The notes under the pieces were generated by a model. That model was not told the origin of the DNA. It made no database searches and was given only the letters and a program-made list of their open reading frames with translations. A stretch of DNA of 64,000 nt, from positions 2,316 through 66,315 of the forward strand of contig CAVQZD010000012.1 of NCBI GenBank assembly GCA_963718375.1. Direction: 5' to 3'. The DNA is from an uncultured Actinomycetes bacterium. Lineage in GTDB: Bacteria > Actinomycetota > Thermoleophilia > RBG-16-64-13. Below are positions 30,130 to 41,201 of the stretch, piece after piece. Every line of letters begins with the position of its first letter. Within the stretch, counting starts at the first letter, position 1. Made by a program: the position numbers and the translations under genes.

Positions 30130-32763
30130 GTGAAGACTGTTGTCAAGGGGCTGTCCTTCCTGGGCGTGGGCATCGATGCCAACTGCGTGCAGGTGGATGT
30201 AGAAGACGGCAAGATCCTCCGCATCCGGCCCTTCCACTTTGACTGGAAGTACGAACGCGAGCCCTGGACTATCGAGGCGCGAGGCAAGACCTTCACCTCC
30301 AGCGGCAAGACGCTCATCCCGCCCTTCACCCTCGGCTACAAGAACCGGGTCTTCTCGCCCAACCGGGTCAAGTACCCGCTCAAGCGGGTGGATTGGGACC
30401 CGAACGGTGCGCCCGGCTCCACCGGCCCTGGTGGCCGCAATGCGCAGAATCGGGGCGTCAGCCGCTACGAGCGCATCTCCTGGGACGAGGCGGCTGAGAT
30501 AGTCGCCGCCGAGATCCGGCGGGTGAAGGAGCAGTACGGCATGGCCGGCGTCCTCGCCCAGGCCGACGGCCATGGTGAGACCAAAGTCGTACACGCCGCT
30601 CACGGCTGCAACCGCGCGCTGCTTGGCCTGTTGGGTGGCTACACGCTGCAGGAGCGTAACCCCGATAGCTGGGAAGGTTGGTACTGGGGCGCCAAGCACG
30701 TGTGGGGCTGCGAACCGGTGGGCAAGGGCGCATATCAGTCCAACCTCGTGCCCGACATCGCCGAACACTCGCGTACGCTCATCTACGCCGGCTGCGACCC
30801 CGAGACCACCACTTGGGGTTGGGGCGGGCAGACCGTCAGTCAGCTCTGCTACTGGTTCTCGGAGCTGGGCATCCGCCAGATCTATATCGCGCCCGACGTC
30901 AACTACGGGGCGGCCGTGCATGCGGACAAGTGGATCCCCATCCTGCCCGGCACCGACGCCGCTCTCTACCTGGCCATAGCCCACCAATGGTTGCAGGCGG
31001 GCAGCTACGACAAGGAGTATGTTGAGACCCACGTGGTGGGCTTCGACAAGTTCGCCGCGTACGTCTTGGGCGAGGAGGACGGGGAGCCCAAGACGCCCAA
31101 GTGGGCGGAGGGCAAGACCGGGGTGCCGGCCCGCATCATCAAAGCGCTCGCGCGGCGCTGGGCGGCCGCGCCTACCTCCACGGTGCACGGCAACGGCGGC
31201 AATATGATCCGCGGTCCCTACGCGACCGAGAACGCCCGCCTCGAAGTCTGCCTCTTGGGCATGCAGGGTCTGGGCAAGCCGGGCCGCCACATGCTGAGCA
31301 CCATCGAGTGGGGGCTGATGGGCGTAGAGACGCCGCCCTACCCGTTCGGCAACTCGGTGCCGGTGCCGCGCCATGCCTTCTACCCGAGCGTGGAGGCGGC
31401 CAACCGGGGCTTCAACTTCGCGGGTGGCAAGGAGGGGATGCTGCAGTTCATCCCCAAGAACCGGCTCCACGAGGCGGTCAACGAGGCGAGCCACGACCAG
31501 CCGTTGACCTGGCGCGGCAGCACGCGCTGCCGCGCGCTCACGCCCGACCAGTTCACCGAGCACCAGTACCCACAGCCGGGGCTCTCAGAGGTGCACATGA
31601 TGTGGTGCGACACCCCGGCTCTGATGACCTGCTGGAACGACAGCAACTACATGGCCAAGGCCTTCCGGAACCCCAAGATCGAGTGCATCGTCACCCAGCA
31701 TCCCTGGATAGAGAACGACTGCGAGTTCGCCGACCTCATCCTGCCCGTGGCCACCAAGTTCGAGCTGGATGACATCGGCATAGACAACCTCACCGCCGAG
31801 TACGGCACGCTCTTTCTGGACGAAAAATGTATCGATGCTGTCGGCGAGTCGCTCAGTGACTATGAAGTATGCTGCCTCGTCGCTGAGAAGCTGGGCGTGC
31901 TGGAGGAGTTCACCGGCGGCAAGTCCGCCCAGGAGTGGATCAAGGTGGGCTTCGACGCCGCCGGCGTCGACCATCTGATCAGCTGGGAGGAGTTCCAGGA
32001 CAAGGGTCACTATGTGATCCCGAACGATGCCGATTGGGCTGACAACGAGGTCGCCCTGCGCGGCTTCGCCGCCGATCCGGCCAGCCATCCGCTGAGCACC
32101 CCCACAGGCAAGCTGGAGTTCTACTCCCAGCGTCTGGCCGACCACTTTCCCGACGACGTGGAGCGTCCGCCCGTGCCGGCCTGGGTCGAGCGTGGCCCCA
32201 GCCACGACGAGCGCATCGGCGGCGACCGAGCCAAGACCTATCCCTATCTGTGTCTCTCCAGCCATCCGCGCTGGCGGGTGCACTCGCAGCACGACGACAT
32301 GCAGTGGCTGCGCGAGATCCAGACCAACAAGATCGTCGGCGCCGACGGCTATGCCTACCAGACGGCCTGGATCCACCCGGACGATGCCGCAGCTAAGGGC
32401 GTGCAGACCGGCGATGTGGTGAAAGTCTTCAACGAGCGGGGCGCGGTGCTGGTGGGGGCCTATGTCACCGAGCGCGTGATGGCCGGCGTGGTCTCCATCG
32501 ACCACGGCGCCAGGTACGACCCGATAGTCCCGGGCGAGTTCGACCGGGGCGGGGCGATCAACTGCATCACCCCGCGCAAGACCACGTCGAAGAACGCCAC
32601 CGGCATGGTGAGCGGCGCCTTCCTACTCGACTTCGAGAAGGCCGACCTGGATGAGCTCGCACGGCAGTACCCGGAGGTCTGGGCGCGCCCGATCGACAAG
32701 GCGACGGGCTCTGGCTTGGGAGCGGATGCTGGCTACTTAGCTGTCGCTGCGGTGCTTGCGTAG
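30130..32763 (+). CDS. Mo-bisPGD oxidoreductase, divergent transhydroxylase-like large subunit
   Basis: WTIEARGKTF, RVKYPLKRVDWDPNG, NPDSWEGWYWG (Ser ligand), HPRWRVHSQ. Confidence 0.85.
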   Translation: MKTVVKGLSFLGVGIDANCVQVDVEDGKILRIRPFHFDWKYEREPWTIEARGKTFTSSGKTLIPPFTLGYKNRVFSPNRVKYPLKRVDWDPNGAPGSTGPGGRNAQNRGVSRYERISWDEAAEIVAAEIRRVKEQYGMAGVLAQADGHGETKVVHAAHGCNRALLGLLGGYTLQERNPDSWEGWYWGAKHVWGCEPVGKGAYQSNLVPDIAEHSRTLIYAGCDPETTTWGWGGQTVSQLCYWFSELGIRQIYIAPDVNYGAAVHADKWIPILPGTDAALYLAIAHQWLQAGSYDKEYVETHVVGFDKFAAYVLGEEDGEPKTPKWAEGKTGVPARIIKALARRWAAAPTSTVHGNGGNMIRGPYATENARLEVCLLGMQGLGKPGRHMLSTIEWGLMGVETPPYPFGNSVPVPRHAFYPSVEAANRGFNFAGGKEGMLQFIPKNRLHEAVNEASHDQPLTWRGSTRCRALTPDQFTEHQYPQPGLSEVHMMWCDTPALMTCWNDSNYMAKAFRNPKIECIVTQHPWIENDCEFADLILPVATKFELDDIGIDNLTAEYGTLFLDEKCIDAVGESLSDYEVCCLVAEKLGVLEEFTGGKSAQEWIKVGFDAAGVDHLISWEEFQDKGHYVIPNDADWADNEVALRGFAADPASHPLSTPTGKLEFYSQRLADHFPDDVERPPVPAWVERGPSHDERIGGDRAKTYPYLCLSSHPRWRVHSQHDDMQWLREIQTNKIVGADGYAYQTAWIHPDDAAAKGVQTGDVVKVFNERGAVLVGAYVTERVMAGVVSIDHGARYDPIVPGEFDRGGAINCITPRKTTSKNATGMVSGAFLLDFEKADLDELARQYPEVWARPIDKATGSGLGADAGYLAVAAVLA

Positions 32764-32945
32764 GTCGAATCTTTCTAGATGGGTCATGTCGTCGCGGTCT
32801 CGCACCACCCGTGGGTTGGGCTCGATGGCCGGGTAACCTAGGCTCAGCATGTCGTAGATGACGTAGCCGTCAGGGATGCCCAGCAAGTCGGCGATCATGA
32901 CCGAGGGGTAGGCCGCTCCGACGATGCTCACCCAGTGGCAGCCCG
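32737..32945 (-). pseudogene. C-terminal fragment of a nitroreductase-like protein
   Basis: GCHWVS..IADLLGIPDGYVIYDMLSLGYP; no N-terminus found. Confidence 0.55.
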
Positions 32946-33010
32946 TAGACGAAGATGGTCGCAGCAAGAGCTCACGCCGAGGAAAGCGTTGGGAGCCGGG
33001 AGAGAAGGTC

Positions 33011-33037
33011 TTGTCAAACGATAGGGTATCGTAGACT
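33011..33037 (+). promoter_or_regulatory. vapBC promoter/operator
   Basis: TTGTCA, palindrome acgata-ggg-tatcgt, TAGACT 6 nt before ATG 33044. Confidence 0.55.
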
Positions 33038-33043
33038 CTGCGT

Positions 33044-33267
33044 ATGACGAAGGAGGTCTGTCGAGGGAGACGTCACAATCTCCCCCAGGTTCAGGTGGCC
33101 AACCCAAGAGCATCCGTGAGCAGGGGTCTCGTCCCGGGTCAGAAGGTCCAGGCCATCGCCTACGGCGGCCGCGTGAGTTGGTACCCGTTCGGCCTGCCCA
33201 GGAGTTGCGCGGGATACTGCGCGGTCTGGATACCAGCGTGATGCGCGACGAGAGTGACCGCGTGTGA
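33044..33267 (+). pseudogene. AbrB/MazE-family antitoxin (VapB-like), frameshifted
   Basis: Across frames: VTISPRF, GLVPGQKVQAIAYGGRV, LVPVRPAQELRGILRGLDTSVMRDESDRV. Confidence 0.7.
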
Positions 33268-33627
33268 ACGTAGTCGACTCGTCGGCTTGGCTGGAATACT
33301 TCGGCGACGGGAGACGACGATGAACTCGCCGGGGTATCGAGGCACCGGAGGACTTGGTGGCCCGGCGCTGACAGTCTATGAGGTCTTCAAACGGATGTGC
33401 CAGATCAAGGATGAGACGTCTGCCTGTCTGCGGTAGCCACAGGATGCAGAGCCGTGTGGTCGATCTGACGTCAGGCCTGGCGATAGAGGCTGCCAGGCTA
33501 TCGCTCGAGAACGGACTGGCCACCCCGCACTCTATCGTCCGGGCTACGCTGTCGGGGAGCGTGCGACTCTCGGACGCAATATGCCCATTTCGCCGGTGCA
33601 GACGGTGGAGTACTGGGCGAAGGGTAG
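33264..33627 (+). pseudogene. PIN-domain toxin VapC, frameshifted
   Basis: GTGA overlap; [48 protein letters not shown]. Confidence 0.75.
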
Positions 33628-33746
33628 CGCCCAGCGTGCCAGTCACGCTCGACCGGTTGAGCCAGGCAGTATTGTGGGTAGAATCAACCGCAATGCGCGT
33701 CATAAGCCCCGCGGGAGATCAGTCGGCGGCGGCATGGAGGTATAGG

Positions 33747-34929
33747 GTGAATAGAAGGCAGATAGGCAGCGGCATCTCTTGGGTGGGCGCGGTGGACTGG
33801 GATCGGCGCCTGTTCGATTCGCTGATACCGCTCCCCGACGGCACCTCGTACAACGCCTATCTCGTTGAGGGCAGCGAGAAGACCGCTCTCCTCGATACGG
33901 TCGACCCGGCCAAGGTCGACGTCTTGCTCGCGAACCTGGAAGGCATCGCCGAGATCGACTACGTGATCTCGCACCACGCCGAGCAGGACCACTCGGGCAG
34001 TATCGGACTGGTGCTGAGAGAAGTACCCCGACGCCAAGGTGGTCACCAACCCGCGGGCCAAGGAGCTGCTCATCGATCTGCTTGCAGTTGCCCGAAGAGG
34101 CATTTGTGACGGTTGAGGACGGGGAGACCCTATCGCTGGGGGACAAGACCCTGCAAGTTCGTCTACACGCCCTGGGTCCATTGGCCCGAGACCATGGTCA
34201 CCTATCTGCCCGAAGACAAGGTGCTTTTCAGCTGTGACTTCTTCGGCTCGCACGTCGCGACCTCGGAGCTATTCGTAGTCGACGAAGGGCGCGCTCACGA
34301 GGCTGCCAAGCGCTACTTCGCCGAGATCATGGCTCCATTCCGGCCCACAGATCGAGAAGAACCTGGAGAAGCTCAGGGACTACGACATCCGCATGATCTG
34401 CCCCAGCCACGGGCAACTCTATCAGCGGCCGGCCTTCATCGTCGATCTCTACAGGGAGTGGGTTTCCGGTCCACCCAAGAACCTGGTACTCGTGCCCTAT
34501 GTGTCCATGCACGGCAGCACCGAGAAGATGGTGCATCACCTGGCGGACGCTCTGGTGGAGAACGGTGTGCGTGTGGAACTCTTCAACCTGGCCGTCACCG
34601 ATCTAGGCAAACTGGCCATGGTGCTCTTGGACGCCGGCACGATCGTGGTGGGCACCTGCACCGTCCTAGTCGGGCCGCATCCGCTGGCCGCTTACGCGAC
34701 CATACTGGCCAACGCTCTGAAGCCCAAGGCTCAGTTCCTCTCCATAGTCGGCTCGTACGGGTGGGGCAGCAAAGCGGTAGAGACGCTCTCCGGGTTGATA
34801 CCCAACCTCAAGGTGGAGGTGCTGGGTCCCGTCATCTGCAAGGGATATCCCCGCGAGACCGACCTCAAGGCGCTCGAGGAGTTGGCCGCCACTATCGCTC
34901 AGAAGCATAGGGAGAGTCAGCTCGCATGA
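33747..34929 (+). CDS. fprA: flavodiiron protein (FprA/NorV-type), two or more frameshifts
   Basis: [36 protein letters not shown], flavodoxin YVSMHGST and GSYGW. Confidence 0.88.
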
Positions 34930-35496
34930 AGAAGTCGCTAATCATCTCAGGGTCGATATGCATCGCAGTAGGTCTCGCGCTCTTCGGATTGGTCGTGGTG
35001 CCGTGGTTCCTCGCGGATGACGCAAGGTTCGCGATGGGCGACATGGACCGCCACTTCATCGAGCAGATGATCCCCCATCACCAAGACGCGGTGGACATGT
35101 CCGAGCTCGCGCTCACCGAAGCGGAACACCCCGAACTCAAAGACCTGGCCGAGAGCATCATCGAGAGTCAGAGCCGCGAGATCGACGACATGCGTAGCTG
35201 GTATCTCTCCTGGTACGGCACAGAGGCGCCTGAGGACTCCGCGTCTGGCGGCTTCGGGATGATGGGCGGCGGTATGATGCACGACGAGGCCGATCTAGAG
35301 GTCTTGGCGGCGGCGGAGGATTTCGACAAAGAATTCATCGAGCAGATGATCCCGCATCATGAGATGGGAGTGATGATGGCCCGCATGGTGCTCGCCCGTA
35401 CGGACCGTCCGGAGATCGAGCGGCTGGCCGAATCGATCATCGAGACTCAGAACGGCCGAGATCGAGCAGATGCGCGACTGGTATGACGAGTGGTAG
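34926..35496 (+). CDS. DUF305 ferritin-like protein, Met-rich, membrane-anchored (frameshift near the end)
   Basis: Two FIEQMIPHH...M repeats, IIESQSREI; N-terminal TM. Confidence 0.85.
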
Positions 35497-35525
35497 AATA
35501 GTCCGGACGAAGGGAGGGACTCGCC

Positions 35526-35801
35526 ATGATGTGGGATGGTGGGCTTGGCATGGGCGACGGCTGGATACTCGGGTCTATCATGATGATCGTCGTCTTGGCG
35601 CTGATAGTCGTAGGCATCGTCCTCCTGATACGCGGTGTCTCCGGCCGGCAGGGCGATGGGAGCGCTGGTGGTGGGCAGGCGTCATCGAGCCAGAGCCCCG
35701 GAGCCGGGTAGTGCGCTGCGGATACTCGAAGAGCGCTACGCCCGTGGCGAGATCGACCAAGAGGAATTCTCAGGCGCAAGAAGGACCTGCTCGGCAAGTA
35801 G
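35526..35801 (+). CDS. SHOCT-domain membrane protein (frameshifted)
   Basis: MMWDGGLGMG plus TM helix; ALRILEERYARGEIDQEEF in the next frame. Confidence 0.75.
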
Positions 35802-36089
35802 GCGCCCTGCGTGATCCCTCGGAGCCTGGAGCTGGATCGAGAAGCACGGCTCACGCGAGTCTAGCCGGAATGTATAATCAGCCGGATTCGTCGGAAGCTA
35901 TCAAGAAGGGAACGTGCCTTGCCGCGCATCTACAGACGCCTTCACCTCGCTGTTCTGGCGACTCTCTATGACTCGGCTGACCCTAGGCCCGAACGTGACG
36001 AGATACTACATGTACGAGAGAATGAGGGAGACCGCGAAGTCGTTTGCCAGTAGGAAGGGCGATGTCCTCTCCGTAAGCCAATCTGGATG

Positions 36090-36950
36090 GTTAGTTCCAC
36101 TACCCGCAGGAGCTGTCGCGGACAACCTCGCAGGAGGTGCGGGGCGCTCTGGGCGGCCACGACATCTACTGCATCGCCAGCGGTCTGCATCTGGACCCGC
36201 TGTTCGGGCGGGGCGGGCTCTCGTCTCCCGACGACAAGGTGCGCGGCCTTGGCGCTGGAGCGCACGCTCGAAGGCGGCGGAGTTCGCCGGCGAGCCTGGG
36301 CGCGCACTTCATCATCTGGCCGGGGATCGAGGGCTACAACTACCCGTTCCAGACCCCGTACGCGGAGAGCTGGAGCCGGTTCATCGACGGCGTCGAGCCA
36401 GGCGGCCGAGGTGTGCGCGCGCCACGGCGTGAAGCTGTTCTTGGAGCACAAGAACTCCGAGCCGGCGATGAAGATCTTCATGCGCAACATCGGCATGACG
36501 CTGCACGTGATGCACACTCTGCGCGCTCGCGGCATCGACAACGTCCAGGTCAACATGGACTGGCAGCACCTGATCATGAACCGCGAGCACCTGCCGGAGT
36601 ACGCGGCGCTGCTGGCGGCGGAGGGGCTGCTCGGCCACCAGCACGCCAACTCCGGCTGGGGTGACTTCGACGACGACAACATGGTCGGCGCGACCGACTT
36701 CTTGGAGACGGTCGAGCTGGCGATCGAGCTGCGCCGCGCGGGCTACGGCGAAGCGGCGGCAGGCTGGGCTTCGACCTCTACCCGTACACCGAGGACCCGG
36801 TCGAGGCCGTGCAAGCGCAGCGTGATGCACTGGCGGTTCATCGACTCGGTGGCCGCGAAGATCGACGGGCCGGCGCTGCGCGAGGCGCAGAGCCGCAAGG
36901 ACGCGGTGCGCGCCTACGAGCTCGTCTACGCGGCGCTGGGCGGCGAGTAG
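36090..36950 (+). CDS. xylose-isomerase-like TIM-barrel enzyme (5' end missing, frameshifted)
   Basis: FHYPQE, IWPGIEGY, LEHKNSEP, NMDWQH, HQHAN, DDDNM, GFDLYP; directly upstream of xylB. Confidence 0.75.
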   Translation, partial: VSSTTRRSCRGQPRRRCGALWAATTSTASPAVCIWTRCSGGAGSRLPTTRCAALALERTLEGGGVRRRAWARTSSSGRGSRATTTRSRPRTRRAGAGSSTASSQAAEVCARHGVKLFLEHKNSEPAMKIFMRNIGMTLHVMHTLRARGIDNVQVNMDWQHLIMNREHLPEYAALLAAEGLLGHQHANSGWGDFDDDNMVGATDFLETVELAIELRRAGYGEAAAGWASTSTRTPRTRSRPCKRSVMHWRFIDSVAAKIDGPALREAQSRKDAVRAYELVYAALGGE

Positions 36951-36967
36951 CCTACTGAGGGGACACG

Positions 36968-38400
36968 ATGCCCGGCCAGACACTCATCGGGCTCGACGTC
37001 GGCACGACCAGCGTCAAGGCGATCGCGATAACGCCCGACGGCGAGGTGGTCGGCAGGGCCGAGGAGCAGTACGAGCTTCAGACCCCGCAGCCCGGCTGGG
37101 CGGAGCAGGACCCCGAGGACTGGTGGCGCGCGGCGCAGCGTGCGCTCGCGCGCCTGGAGGGCGCAGCCGCTGGCATCGGCCTCTCGGGCCAGATGCACGG
37201 GCTCGTGTGCTCGACGCAGGACCGGGCGCTGCGCCCGGCGATCCTGTGGAACGACCAGCGCACCGGCGCGGAGTGCGCCGAGATCGAGCGCAGGCTCGGG
37301 CTCGAGCGGCTGATCGCGCTGACCGGCAACCGCGCGCTCACCGGGTTCACCGCGCCGAAGCTGCTCTGGCTGCGCACGCACGAGCCGGAGATCTACGGCA
37401 AGATCGCCCACATCTGTCTGCCCAAGGACTACGTGCGGCTCAGGCTCACGGGCGAGCACGCGACCGACGTGGCCGACGCGTCGGGGACCCTGCTGTTCGA
37501 CGTGGCGGCGCGGGACGTGGAGCGACGAGCTGCTCGGCCGCTGGAGGTGCCGTCCGACTGGCTGCCGCGCGCCTGGAGTCGCCCGAGATCTCGGGCCATG
37601 ACGACCGCGGGCGCGCCGCGGGCGTGCCGTGGCCGCCGGCGCGGGCGACCAGGCGGCCGGCGCGCTGGGAGTAGGCGTGGTCAGGCCGGGGCCGCTCTCG
37701 GTGGTGCTCGGCACTCGGGCGTGGTGTTCGCGGCGCCTGCCCGACTTCGTCTCCGACCGCAGGCTCGTCTGCACGTGTTCTGCCACGCGGTGCCGGCACC
37801 TGGCACGCGATGGGGGTGATGCTCTCGGCGGCGGGGTCGCTGCACTGGCTGCGAGACGTCCTGGGCCGTCTCGTACGAGCAGCTGCTGGCCGAGGCCGAG
37901 GCGTGGCCGCCCGGCTGCGAAGGGCTGTCTTTCGCCCCGTACCTGTCGGGCGAGCGGACGCCGCATGCCGACCCGGACATAAGAGGCGCGTTCTGCGGGC
38001 TCGACCTGCGCCACGACCGCGGGCGCGCTGTGTCGCGCGGTGCTTCGAGGGCGTCGCCTTCGGTCTGCGCGACTCGCTGGAGCTGGTGCGCGTCGCTGGG
38101 CGCCGAGCCGCGTCTCGGCCCGCGTCTCCGGCGGCGGCGCTCAGAGCGAGCTGTGGCTCAAGATCGTCGCCTCGGTGCTGGGGCTGCCGCTCGAGACGCA
38201 CGGCGGTCTCTGAGGGCGCGGCCTTTGGGGCGGCGCTGCTGGGAGGCGTGGCCGCAGGCGTATTCGCCGACGCCGAGGATGCGGTGCGCGCTGCGTGCGC
38301 ACGAGCAGGACGGTGGAGCCCGTCGAGGCGTGGCTCGGCAGTACGACGAGCTCTACGAGCGCTTCCGTGGCCTGTATCCGACGCTGCGGACGCTTAGCCA
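36968..38400 (+). CDS. xylB: xylulokinase (multiple frameshifts; 3' end approximate)
   Basis: [60 protein letters not shown]. Confidence 0.88.
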
Positions 38401-38522
38401 GCCAGACGGGGCAGCGACAGAGGGGTGGGACTACGTCCGAACGAGGACAACGAGAATCTGGCGCGGGACTCTCATGGCGTCGGCAGAAGTCAGCCGCACG
38501 GTCTGCGCCTAGCTGAAGAGGC

Positions 38523-39749
38523 GTGCTAAGGCTACGGGCCGGCGGGTCAGCAGAGCATCCGCCGGCAGAACCTGGCGCTCGTCTTGCGGGAAGTCATGGA
38601 CAACGGACCACGCTCGCGCGCGGGCATAGCCGAGGCGGTCGGGCTCACCCGGTCTACGGTGTCGAGCCTGGTGGGTGAGCTCATCGACAGAGGGTTCCTG
38701 CTCGAGCGCGAGCTGGAGCGGGGCGGGTCGGTGGGCAGGCCGGGACGACTGGTGGCGCTCTCCGACACCACGGTGGCGCGCTCTCGGTCTGGAGGTAAAC
38801 GTGGACTATCTGGCCGCCTGCGTTCTCGATCTCGCCGGGAACGTGCGGCTACGAGCAGTTTCTTCGTGCGAGACAACCGCGAGCATGCCGGCCGAGCGCG
38901 GTGCTGGACGCGCTGGCCGAACTGGCCAAGCGGGCAGCTGCAGAGCGTCGAGCGAGAAGGTCTGATGCCGTCGGCACTACGCTCGCCGCCCCAGGGCTCG
39001 TGGACTACTCCAGCGGGATGCTTGCTGAGCGGCTCCGAACCTCGGTGGGGGCGCGATGCCGCTGGAGGCCGAGCTGGTGCGTCGCTTGGACCGGCCGCAT
39101 CACTACGTCTCGCGTGGACAACGAGGCCAACCTGGCGGCCTGGGTGAGCTGTGGACGGGCAAGGGACACAAGTGGGGCGACTTCATCCGCATCTCTGGCG
39201 AGGTCGGCGTGGGTGGCGCTCTGGTGGCGGACGGGAGTTGCTGCGCTCCGGCAGCGGGCTCGGGGGCGAGATCGGTCACGTCATGGTCGATCCCGAGGGC
39301 CCCGAGTGCACCTGCGGGTCTCGCGGATGCCTGGAGAAGATGGTGGGCAAGAAGCGCTGTTGAGGGCCGCGGACTGGAGGCCGACGGTAGGCACCAGCAT
39401 CGCGCTGCCCGATGGCGGCATCTCGCTGCATGGTCAAGAGCGCGCGCCGGGGTGACCCGCAGACCCTGGCGGCGCTGACCGAGGCAGGCGCGCGCTTGGG
39501 ATCGCGTGCGCTTCGGCGGTGAACCTGATCTCGCCCCAACACGGTGGTGCTCGGCGGGATCTACGCGCCGCTATTCCCGTGGCTTGCGTGGGTCCGCTGC
39601 GCGTGGAGTTGGAGCAGCGGGCTTTTCTGACGCGGCACTCCGATGTGGCGGTGGTGCGTTCGGAACTCGGTCCCTGGCGGCCGTACGAGGGCGGCCTCGC
39701 TGGCGCTGAGGGCCGTCTGCGCCGACCCGTTTCTTGGTACAGTCGGTAG
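38523..39749 (+). CDS. ROK-family regulator (XylR-like), multiple frameshifts
   Basis: [48 protein letters not shown]. Confidence 0.82.
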
Positions 39750-39783
39750 GACAGCGGCTTCGGCGAGGTGCAGAGCGGGACAG

Positions 39784-39804
39784 TTTGTTGTATGGTGCAA
39801 CAAA
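39784..39804. promoter_or_regulatory. XylR/ROK-type operator
   Basis: tttgttg-tatggtg-caacaaa inverted repeat between the ROK gene and the ABC operon. Confidence 0.7.
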
Positions 39805-39881
39805 TAGGAGCCTAAGGAGGGCGACGGATCAACATAGACGCGTAGATCGCGACAACTGATGAAACCAGGAGGGAAGCAGAA

Positions 39882-41094
39882 GTGAAGAGGCATTACTGGA
39901 TCGTCATCGGCGCTCGCTGCTGCTCAGTGCGCTGTTCGGGGTCTGGTCGGCCGGCTGCGGGCGGGGTACCAGACGATGACGTCGAGAGGACCGACGCACG
40001 ACCCTGGCTCCCGACAAGTATCCGGTGCCCGACCGAGAGCTACAAGATCGGCATCGTCGTCTTCAGCAACACCGACCTGGAGCAGCAGGCCGCCAACAGA
40101 GTACCTGACGGACTACCTCGGGCCGAAGTTCAACGTCGCGTTCGTCATCTCAGAAGACATCGATGACGCAGACGCCGAGCTCACCGTTCTTGGAGAACTG
40201 CGCGGCCAGCGGCTGCAAGGGCATCCTGGCCTTCCAGGCGATAGCCGGCCCAAGGCCACACTCGACCAAGTGCCAAGAGCTGGGCATGTACTACATAAGG
40301 GCCGCGAAGCCGTCGATGAGCAGGAGTTCAAGATCGGCGACCGGCAACCCCTACTTCGTCGGTGGTGTCTGCTCCCATGGGCGACCGTCAGTTGGGCTAC
40401 GACTGCCTCACGGCGTTTCTTGAAGGCGGCGCCACGCAAGATCGGTATGGCCACCGGTGGGCGCCAAGTCGGGCAACTACCAGCACACCGAGCGCACGCT
40501 GGGTGCCGAGGCGGCCATAGCCGACTTCGAGACGGCGAACCCGGCGACCAAGATCGAACTCAGCGAGTTCGCTGGGTATCCGGGCGACGCTTTCAACGCC
40601 GCGCAGGCTCAGATGATCGCGGCGAACCCCGACGCCATCTTCGCCACCTTCGCCGTTGAGGACTTGTGGGTGCAGCCTCTCACCGACGCGGGCAAGGCCG
40701 GCGTCATAAAGCTCGGCGGCGTCTCGTCTATCAACGACGTGTCGGTGCAGGCCTTCAAAGACGGCACGATCAACTGGTGGGGCGGCAGGTATGGGGCCAT
40801 GGCCGGTCTCCCGTTCGCCTTGCTGTACAACTGGATGACGTGGATACAAGGCCGACTTCAGCGACAACGGAGAGGCCATCTTCGTCCCGCAAGAGTGGAT
40901 AGAGATCACGTCCGGCGAGAGATGGACAAGTGGCTGGCCGCTCATCGAGGCGCCGGTGCCACCGTATCAGCGCCGACGACCTCAAGGCCGTGTGCAAGGC
41001 CTTCAACCCCGACGCCACACTCGAGGACTTCAAGGCCCTCGCCACCGCTACGGGCTACGATGACATCGTCGCAAGAAGAGCTGCCGGCAACTAG
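39882..41094 (+). CDS. sugar ABC transporter substrate-binding lipoprotein (heavily frameshifted)
   Basis: Signal-like start, YKIGIVVF, periplasmic-binding-like segments; first gene of the ABC operon. Confidence 0.6.
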
Positions 41095-41109
41095 GTCAGA
41101 TCACACAAC

Positions 41110-41179
41110 AGAGGGCAGCGGTCTGCGTGTAGGACCGCGAACACCTGGGGGGACCGCATGGTCCCCCAGGACGCCCTCT
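41110..41179 (+). other. branched intercistronic stem-loop after the SBP gene
   Basis: agagggc/gccctct encloses gcggtc/gaccgc and cctgggggac/gtcccccagg hairpins. Confidence 0.55.
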
Positions 41180-41201
41180 CTTAGAGGCGCTTGGTGAACG
41201 A

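Noticed and set aside
41110-41179. Three-way junction as a hammerhead ribozyme
   Set aside because: No CUGANGA core on either strand; typical stabilising hairpin after an SBP gene
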